From Emiliania huxleyi CCMP1516 (Eukaryota), in assembly GCF_000372725.1 (NCBI RefSeq), contig NW_005202428.1, forward strand, positions 1,597,331 to 1,661,330: a stretch of DNA of 64,000 bases, read 5' to 3'. A program made the position numbers and the translations under genes. This document shows positions 55,846-64,000 of the stretch, piece by piece. The notes under the pieces are model-generated. The model saw nothing but the letters and a program-made list of their open reading frames with translations, searched no databases and had not been told where the DNA came from. Position 1 is the stretch's first letter. Every line of letters starts with the position of its first letter.

Positions 55846-56753
55846 CAATACCAAACAACTCTAACACTCACACGTCATTTGGCCGCCTGTTCACGCGCGC
55901 GCGAGACGTGCAGACAGGGTTGCCAGGTGAGAGCGAATGGCGCGGTTCACGCCTCGCACAACAGAGAGAGAGATGCGCTCTGCATATATGGTGGGACATA
56001 AAAGAGAGCGAGTACTTGGCTCTTGGGCGAGTAGGCCGTGCGGTCGACGCTGCCGCGCGCGACTTTGCGCGCGAGGCGGCGCAGCTTGAGAACGGCGGTG
56101 GGCGAGAAGCCGCCGCCGAACGTCTCGTGGAGCAGCAGGTTGAAGTTGTTGCGCTTGACAAAGATCGCGTCGTGGTAGAAACCGCGATGCGCCTTGACGT
56201 AGCCGTGGCCGGTCTTGTGGGGGAAGGGTTGGCCGGGCTGCCCGCGCGCCTTGCAGCCCATGTTTAGGCGGCGGGCCTTCTCCTCGGTGTTGCCGAAGGC
56301 GCAGGAGTGGCCAACGGAGGCGGGCGTGCCGCCACTCGAGGCGTTGCCAGCGCCCGTCGAGGAGGTCTTGAGGCAATACCAAACAACTCTAACACTCACA
56401 CATCATTTGGGGCCTGCCCTGTTCACGCGCGCGCGAGACGTGCAGACAGGGTTGCCAGGTGAGAGCGAATGGTGGGACATTAAAGAGAGCGAGTACTTGG
56501 CTCTTGGGCGAGTAGACCGTGCGGTCGACGCTGCCGCGCGCGACCTTGCGCGCGAGGCGGCGCAGCTTGAGAACAGCGGTGGGCGAGAAGCCGCCGCCGA
56601 ACGTCTCGTGGAGCAGAGCAGGTTGAAGTTGTTGCGCTTGACAAAGATCGCGTCGTGGTAGAAACCGCGATGCGCCTTGACGTAGCCGTGGCCGTTCCAA
56701 TACCAAACACCTCTAACAATAGCAAACAACTCTAACACAACACATCATTTGGG
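55846..56753 (-). mobile_element. Three head-to-tail truncated CRE-like copies (55846-56373, 56374-56697, 56698-56753)
   Basis: On the + strand each copy starts with CAATACCAAACA and abuts the previous copy's truncation point. Confidence 0.85.
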
Positions 56754-56814
56754 TTTGTCGGGTTTATCGCAACAGTGCCTTCGCCCTTCTGCTCCGCCCT
56801 CACCTCCAGCAACC

Positions 56815-56940
56815 AACCTCCCCGCCGGGCTCACCTCCATCGGCGAGGACGCCTTCCGAAGCTGCTCCTCCCTGACCCGCGCCACCTTCCCCGCCACCCT
56901 CACCTCCATCAGCAGCGGCGCCTTCTTCGCTGTCGAGTAA
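56815..56940 (+). pseudogene. BspA-type leucine-rich repeat fragment
   Basis: LPAGLTSIGEDAFRSCSSLTRATFPATLTSISSGAF matches the LRR_5 consensus. No upstream gene body. Confidence 0.65.
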
Positions 56941-57065
56941 ATGGAAAAAGAAAACAACTTCCGGCCGTCCCCTCGAGTAAGGACGCCCAGGCCGACAAAG
57001 CCCTGTGCGCGCCGCGCGACTCTCTTTGGCCGCGCAGTGAGGCAGCAGGCCTCGCCTGCCGCCCC

Positions 57066-59544
57066 ATGCACCACGCCGACGCCGGGGGCGGCAGGCGGTT
57101 GACGCGTCGCTCCTTTGCGGATGCGGCCTCGCGGCAGCTCCTTTGCAACGACGGCAGCGAGGCGGGCTTCTACCTCTCGGAAGGAGACGGCAGCAACAGC
57201 CTCGTCCTGCTCTATCAGCAGAGCGGCGGCTGGTGTTGGGACCGAGCCTCGTGCGACAAGCGACCAGAGTGGTACACCGGGAACAGCAGGTGGGAAAGCA
57301 CAAAGGCTCCAGGCGGCATCTTTGACAGCGCGCTCTTCGCCGGCGCGACTCAGGTCTACCTCCCCTACTGCTCATCCGACGCGTGGATGAGCGAGATGGG
57401 CTTTCACGCCAACTTCTCCAAGTGGTTCCGCGGCCGGGCCATCCGCGATGCGGCTGTCGACGAGCTCGTTGCTGCCGGCCTGCTTGGCAGTGCACACAGA
57501 CTCGTGTTCGCCGGGGTGTCGGCGGGCGGGAGGGGTGCGATGGCAACCATCGACTCGCTCGGAGAGAGGCTTGCATCGCTGGGTATGCCGCCGCCGTTTG
57601 GAGTGCTGGACGGGGTGGCGTACCAGGACGTCCCGCCGCTCAACTCGTGGACGCCGCTTGCCGAGCAGTGCGAGCGGGTGTGGAGGGCTCTCCAGGTGGA
57701 GCCTCCGGCGCACTGCACCGCGCAGTTCCCTGCGCGTGAAGCGTGGAAGTGCATCATGGGCACCTACGCGCTGCCGCGGCTCGCGTCCGAGTTCCTGGCC
57801 GTCACGTTCCTGTACGACTCCTACCAGCTGGGCAACCTGGGCTACATGTTGCGACCGAGAGCGGCTCGAGAGTGCTCTCTGGAGCCGCGCCTCTCCTCAG
57901 CACCTTTCCCCCCCCGGGTACAGGTACGGCCAGGTGACGGCCGTCGATTTTGCCTACGCCGAGTGGTTCCGAATGCTCAACGAGAAGACGAACGCCGACG
58001 TTTATGCAGCCGGCAACTCCGCCTTCGGGCCGGCGTGCTACGAGCACGGCGCGGGTGGCGACACTTGGTTCTCGATCAAGGTGGGCGGCGTCAGCGCCGA
58101 CGACATGCTGCGCGACGCACTCCGCGGCGACTACGCAAACGTGGTCGATCGCCACGACCACGTCGACACGAACCCGACCTGTCCCAAGTTTACCGAAGTG
58201 GCCGTCTCGCCGCCGGTGGAGGGCGCCCGGCTGCACGGCAAGGGTGGCTTGAGCGCCGGAGAGCGCGCACAGCAGCTCACCATGAGCAGCACTCATTGGT
58301 CGAGTAGGCGAGGGCGGCTGGTGCGCCGGAGAGCCGTACAGCCGCCTCGATGCCCAGGCGGGCATCATGTCGTACTCGGACTGCGAGGCCGCGTGTTTCG
58401 CCGCGGATGAGTGCGCCTATTTCTCCTCCGGCAACGGCTTTGTCGGCTCGTCCCTCCCACCTGCCCTCTCCTCCGCGCTCGCCGTCGCCTCCTGGCCCTT
58501 GTACCGTGTGGTGGACGCCCTGTCGGTGCAGCCTCCGCGCGGGTGCCTGCTCTTCGCGGCCGCCCCGTGCGACCTCGTCTCCGGCGCGCCCTTCTCGCGC
58601 CTCTACGCCACCTACGCGCGGGTGTCCATCGTGCGGGGATACACAGAGGTGCCCGCGTCGCATTGCGACAGCGGCCTCGTCCTCGAGAGCGCGAAGGGGG
58701 CGACGTTTGAGGAGTGCGCCGCCACGTGCGACCACCGGCCGGGCTGCACGCACCTCAGCTACAGCGACACACCGCTCTCCGATCCGACACCGATCTTCTC
58801 GAGGGGGCAATCCACGCCCTTCGAGCCGGCGGGCGTGCGGTGTCTGCTGTTCGGAGCGTGCGATCCCACCTCGACGTCGCCGGGCGCCTTCAACACCTCG
58901 TACCGCCTCTACGCAAAGGCATCGCACGCTAGATGCCGTGTGTGGGGCTCCTGTCTGTCTCGGGACGTGGAGTCGCAAGTAGCTTTACCCTTGGCGTGCC
59001 CTCACCCCTTGCCTTGCTCCCTACGCCTCAGGGTGAGCACGAGTTTGGCCTCTATCACGCGGGGGCGCAATGCGACGGCGGCGCGGAGGCCGAGACGCGG
59101 GTCGACACCCTCGAGTCGATCGAGACTTTGCACGAGTGCCGGCAGCTGTGCGCGGCAGAGCCGGAGTGCCGCTTCCTGTCCTACTCCCCCGGGGGTGGGG
59201 ACGGGCTGGGCGGGCGGTGCCTGCTGCACAGCGCGTGCTGGCGCGACCGGATCATCGTCGAGGCAAACTTCAGCGTCTCTTGGAAGGCAGGGCACAGCGC
59301 CTCGCCGGCCGACGCCGCCTTCTCGAGAGAGGGGGCCGCGAGGCTTTGGGAGGAGCCCCACGCCCTCCTCTCCCAGCAGCCCGCGCGAGTCGCTGCGGGG
59401 CCAGCCAGCTCGCTCCCGCCGTTTGGCATGGCGGGGGTCGCGGCCGGTGCCACAGCGGCCCTAGCGGGCTTGATCTTCCTCGCCAGCGCAGCGCGCGTGC
59501 GCATGTCTGCGCTGGGATCGAGGGTTCAGCCACAGCAGCATTAG
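57066..59544 (+). CDS. Pectin acetylesterase/Notum-family hydrolase with PAN/apple-like modules and a C-terminal TM; start uncertain
   Basis: LCNDGS.AGFY, GGWCWD, YLPYCSSDAW, FRGRAI and nucleophile GVSAGG. Downstream CEAAC, CAATC and CRQLC modules, then a hydrophobic tail. Confidence 0.85.
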
Positions 59545-60659
59545 AACTTGCACTGGTCTAGCCATTGAGGGAGAATCGAGCGAGAGAGGGGAGTACAGGG
59601 TCCCCAGACCCCACCTGCACGACGGCGGAGGCGGCGCGGCCTGGCGGAGCCGGTGGAGCGGCGGCGAGGGCGAGGTGGAGGGCGGCGGCGGCGTGGGCGG
59701 CGGACAGGGGGTAGTGGAGGAGAATAGGAAAGGCAGAAACCTTAGGCGCGGACAGACTTCTCCATTATTTACTGGAGCACTGCCCACTGATAGGAAGAAG
59801 AACTTTTGGAAGGACGATCAGGGCTCAGGGGGGTCACAGACAGACAGGGGAACGGGAGTGGGGAGCGCATCGCGACTGGTGCGCTCTCGCCTAGTTCTCC
59901 TGCTCCTGACAAGGGACAGCAACAGGCTCGCAGCGCGGTGCTCGGTGGAATTCCACTGCGCGCGGTAAAAGAAAGAATTTTACAACAAAGCTCCCTCGCA
60001 CAACACTGGGCACGGGACAAAGAAAGAAAACAGGCAACCCAAGGGAGGGATGGGAGGACGGCACGCCGCCACCACACAGGGATTTTAAGGAGAGGTGTGT
60101 GGTGCTAGCCGTCGCCCACCCTTGGGCGTCGCCTCTATCTCTCTTCGCAGTTTCTCGCCGATTCTCGCTGCAACCTAGAACCTTCATGCCACCTCGCAGT
60201 CTCGTCCCACTCTCGTCGTTCTCTCTCTTGTCGCTTTTTCCTCTGTCGCGTCGCTCTCCTCTGCTGCCTCATCCTGCGTCGCCGCCTCCGATCCCTTGCC
60301 CTCGCGGCTTCTCCCGCCTTTCGGCGCAGCTCTGCCCTCCTCGCGGCATATTTTGGCCCCTCTAGTTTATCGAGCTCTCCTCGCGCAAGGACGACTCTTC
60401 TGACTCCCACTGCGAGCATATCCCGCCCTGTCATGTCGTTGCTCAGGACCACTCTTGTGTCGGACACTTGTGCCTCCACAGATGGTGTTGGCGCTGGATG
60501 GTTTTTCCGGTCTCGATGTCGGCGACCGCCCGATTTTTCTTTAGCACGCGCCAGTTCGCACCTGTGTCGAGCCTGTCTGCTGTGAGAGAGAGTTGTTTTG
60601 TTTAAATTCTTTTGCTCACGGCGCCTCTGTGGCAGCTGCACGCCGTCCTGCGCGGCTCA

Positions 60660-63600
60660 ATGTCGCCAGCGAGTCGGGCAGCGACGGCGAGCATGCCGTA
60701 CACGACGACCCTGCAGGAGCCGAGCCCTGCTCCGCCCAGCGTCGACATCCGCTTCATCAAAGCCTCGCAAAATTCAATCACCCTCGACCTACGCCCAGGC
60801 CCCGGCAGCTCGTCCGGCGCCCAGATCGAGCGCTTCGAGCTGCAGTGGCGGCGGGCGGGCGCGGCGGCGTCGGCAGACGGCCGCTGGATGACCGCCTCGT
60901 CCTCTCTCAAGCTGCGGCGGTGCACCAAGGGCAACCTGCAGCCGGGAAGCCTCTACACGTTCCGCGCACGCGCCTGTACGGGCGACGCGATGTGGGGTCC
61001 ATACGGCGCCGCCACCGAGCCGCTGTCGACGACTCTTCCTAGTGTCCCGAGCGAGTGCTCTGAGGCGCTCCGCGTCCCCGCGCTCGTGGCGGTGGCGGCG
61101 TCGCAGCGGAAGGCAGCGGAGCACGAGAGCGACGCGCGTGAGGCCGCCCGGAAGGACGCCGACCTCACGCGCTTCGTCTCGCAGAAGAGCGCCGCCGCCC
61201 GAGAGGTGCGAGCCGACACCGCGCAGCGTCCACCTCTTGCCGAAACTGGCCTCCCCGCCTCCCCGCCTCCCGCCTCCCCCCCTCCCCGCCTCGCCCGCCC
61301 GCCCGCCCGCCCTCATCGTGCCTGCAAGGCACCTCCGGACACCTCCGGACACCTCTCCGCGCTGTGCGTGCTGCAGGTCCAGGCTGCGGCCGAGCGGCTC
61401 GAGGCGCGGCAGCGGGAGATCTGCCTCAAGGTGTGAGGGTGGCGATGAGTGAATACCACTGTTGAGTGGTTCCGTGATGTTGAGATCTGCCTCGCAAGGT
61501 GAGGGTGGCGATCGACGCCGTCTGCGCAAAGAGCCAAGCGGACTTCGCCGCAAAGGCGCGAACGATCGAGACGAAGATCGACGACGAGGTGGGCCGCGAA
61601 GTAGACAAGGCTGTCGAGCGGGCGGCTGCCTCTCGCGGAGAGAAAGGGGCGCCACAGTAGGGCCCTCCCCGGACCCTTCTCGGAAGCGTCCTGCAGGCGG
61701 CGGCAACGTACTCCGACTCCGCAGGGTACGGCGGCGAGGCGGAGTCCCGCTCCATGTCCTTGGCTGGCACCTCCGCCATCGTCACCGCGGCAAAGGTGGC
61801 GGCGCGTGCGCGCGTGACTGAGTCGATCTCGGCCAAGAGGAAGGGGCTGCTCGATGCCGCCGCTCAGGAGGCGGAGGGGGAGGTGCTTCCTCCCGCGCTG
61901 CTGCGCGCGACCTCCGTCCCGGACACGTCCGGCGACATGTCGAGGTCGTGTCCCACAGGTGCCTCCCGCGCTGCTGCGCGCGATCCGTGCCGTCCGCACC
62001 GACGCAGACGCGTCCCTCGTCGAGGAGGCGGCCAAGCTGCGAGGAGCGCCGCCGCAGGGACGGCGCTGCCGCCACCACACATGTCGCCCACCCGTCCGGG
62101 GCATGTGGTGTGTAGGCACCTCGTCGCAGACTCGGCTGCGGCACGTCGTCGAGGCTTGCGACTCCCTCCCTCCCTCCCTNNNNNNNNNNNNNNNNNNNNN
62201 NNNNNNNNNNNNNNNNNNNNNNNNNNNNNNNNNNNNNNNNNNNNNNNNNNNNNNNNNNNNNNNNNNNNNNNNNNNNNNNCTCCCTCCCTACCTATCCTGC
62301 CTCCCTCCCTCCACCCCTCCCTCCATCCCTCCCTCCCTCCACCCCTCCTTCCCTCGGCGTCGAGTCGCTTCACCACTACGCCTAGGCGGCGACGCTCGAG
62401 GCGGTGCACACCGCCCGCCTCGCCCTCGACCAGCTGGCAGGGAGGCACGTGCCGCCTAGATGCGCGCGGAGGGAGACATCTCGCCCCACCCCCACCGCCG
62501 CACCCGCAGCCTGCAGCCCCCGCAGCAGCCCCCGCAGCAGCTCTTGCAGCAGCTCTTGCAGCGCCCCCTGCAGCAGCCTTGCAGCGGGGCCCCTGCAGCA
62601 GCCTTGCTTCACTGGAGAGACGACACGGAGAGAGTGCCGTGCTCCGCTGTGCCCTTGGGGAGCTGTGACCCAAGGGGGAGCTGCACCCGCCCGTGACGTC
62701 AAGCCAGGGGAGCGACAGAAGGTGCCGCGGGTCGCGGGAGGGTCCTCGCCCTGTCCTCACCCTGTTGCAAGTTGCGTGCAGGAGCGGCTCGGCGCTGTGT
62801 CCGCCGCTCGACACGCCAGACGGAGGCGGCGGCGAGGGCGGCGGCGAGTCGCCGCAGGGGCACCAGGGGGGGGGCGGGCCGAGGGAGGAGGGGCGGGAGG
62901 AGGGGCGGGGGGAGGGGCAGGGGGAGGGGCAGGAGGGGCGGGGGCGGGGGGAGGGGCGGGTCTCGCGGATCGCGCGCGGCGTTGCCTCCGACGGCACGGC
63001 CCAGGGCGGGAGTGCAAAGGCGGGCGAGGAGGACGCGGGGCGCCGGACCTCGCTGCTGCGCTGCTTCGCAATGGCGCTGCTCGACGTTGAGCGGCGCGCG
63101 TTCGAGCAGCACGCCGCGGCGGTGGACGATCCTAGATGCGGAGAGCCGCAGAGCTTTGCACACGCCTGTACTCGACTGTTCTCACTGCACTCGTGTGTGA
63201 CCGCGCAGTGCTCCCAGTGCACACGCCACACGGCGCACGGTGCCGTGCCCGCCACGCGTGCTATAGGTGGCCGAGGCGTGGCTGCTTGCCGAGGTCCTCC
63301 GCTCGCACGAGCACGCCGAGGCGGGCGGCTAGAGTTGTGGCGGCACGTTAGAGTGCTGCACTCCCGGCAGCGCACACAGCAGCGCACACAGCTCGAGCAC
63401 CCCCCCCTCACACACACACACACACGCACGCCGACTGGCGTCTGATGCGTGCTCGCCTCATGTGTCTAGCACCGCGAGGCCGCGAGATTGCGCGAGAGGG
63501 CCCGAGATGACCCGAGATTGCCCGAGATCGCAGGTACACCGCGAGGCCGCCAACACGCTGAGCGGGGTGCAGAGCAAGGTGTCTGCCCCCCCACGCGCAC

Positions 63601-64000
63601 CGGGCCTTGCACTCTGAATGCCGTGGGGTTCCTGTCTTTTAGACGTGGAGACGCGAGGGTCGTTTGGCCCTTGCCCCACCAGGGCAGTGTGTGTGCGGAG
63701 CAGTGTCCCTCACCTCACCTCACCTCACCTGTCCCTCACCTTAGGCGCGGCAGGAGAAGCTCGCCGTGCTGCAGCAGCTGCTCGACTCGGGCCGCACACT
63801 GAGCGAGGAGCGACAGCTCTCCCGCCCCGCCGCGAGCCTCACCCCCGAGATCAGCGCGAGGTCAGCCCGAGATGGCTTGCGTTCGCAGGAGCAGCGACTC
63901 AACCTCTCCGCAGAGGCGGCGGCGGCGGGGCAGCTCGCCGCATCGCTCTCGGCGGAGGCGCGGAAGTGGCAGGGGACGATCGACAACGCGGGGCCGTTCC
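60660..64000 (+). CDS. Fibronectin type III domain protein with coiled-coil regions; multi-exon, probably extends past the window
   Basis: SQNSITL...IERFELQWR...NLQPGSLYTFRARA...WGPYG matches the FN3 consensus. Confidence 0.7.

Overview
GC-rich eukaryotic draft scaffold with four N gaps, short introns filled with CCGAGAT-type repeats, and GC or apparently GA splice donors. Gene content points to a haptophyte, most likely the coccolithophore Emiliania (Gephyrocapsa) huxleyi; this is an inference. Recognisable genes: a voltage-gated proton channel (Hv), a DEK-C/ARM-like protein, a ~1878-aa membrane-bound NRPS-like enzyme (A-T plus a Pls/PosA-like C-terminus), a vWA protein, an Lhcx-like antenna protein, an intronless F-box/RCC1 gene, an F-BAR/PH protein, the GPA Ca-binding protein, a serine carboxypeptidase, an HMG-box/histone-fold fusion, a pectin-acetylesterase/Notum-like protein and an FN3 protein. 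Between them lie truncated CRE-like non-LTR retrotransposon copies, TIR elements and modular dispersed repeats. The most notable observations are: (1) the NRPS-like polyamide-synthetase architecture; (2) many introns that contain a duplicate of their own flanking exon or junction, which suggests intron gain by duplication and would explain the odd donors; (3) retroelement copies in tandem arrays that share a 3' terminal motif. Exon boundaries were read by eye and are approximate.
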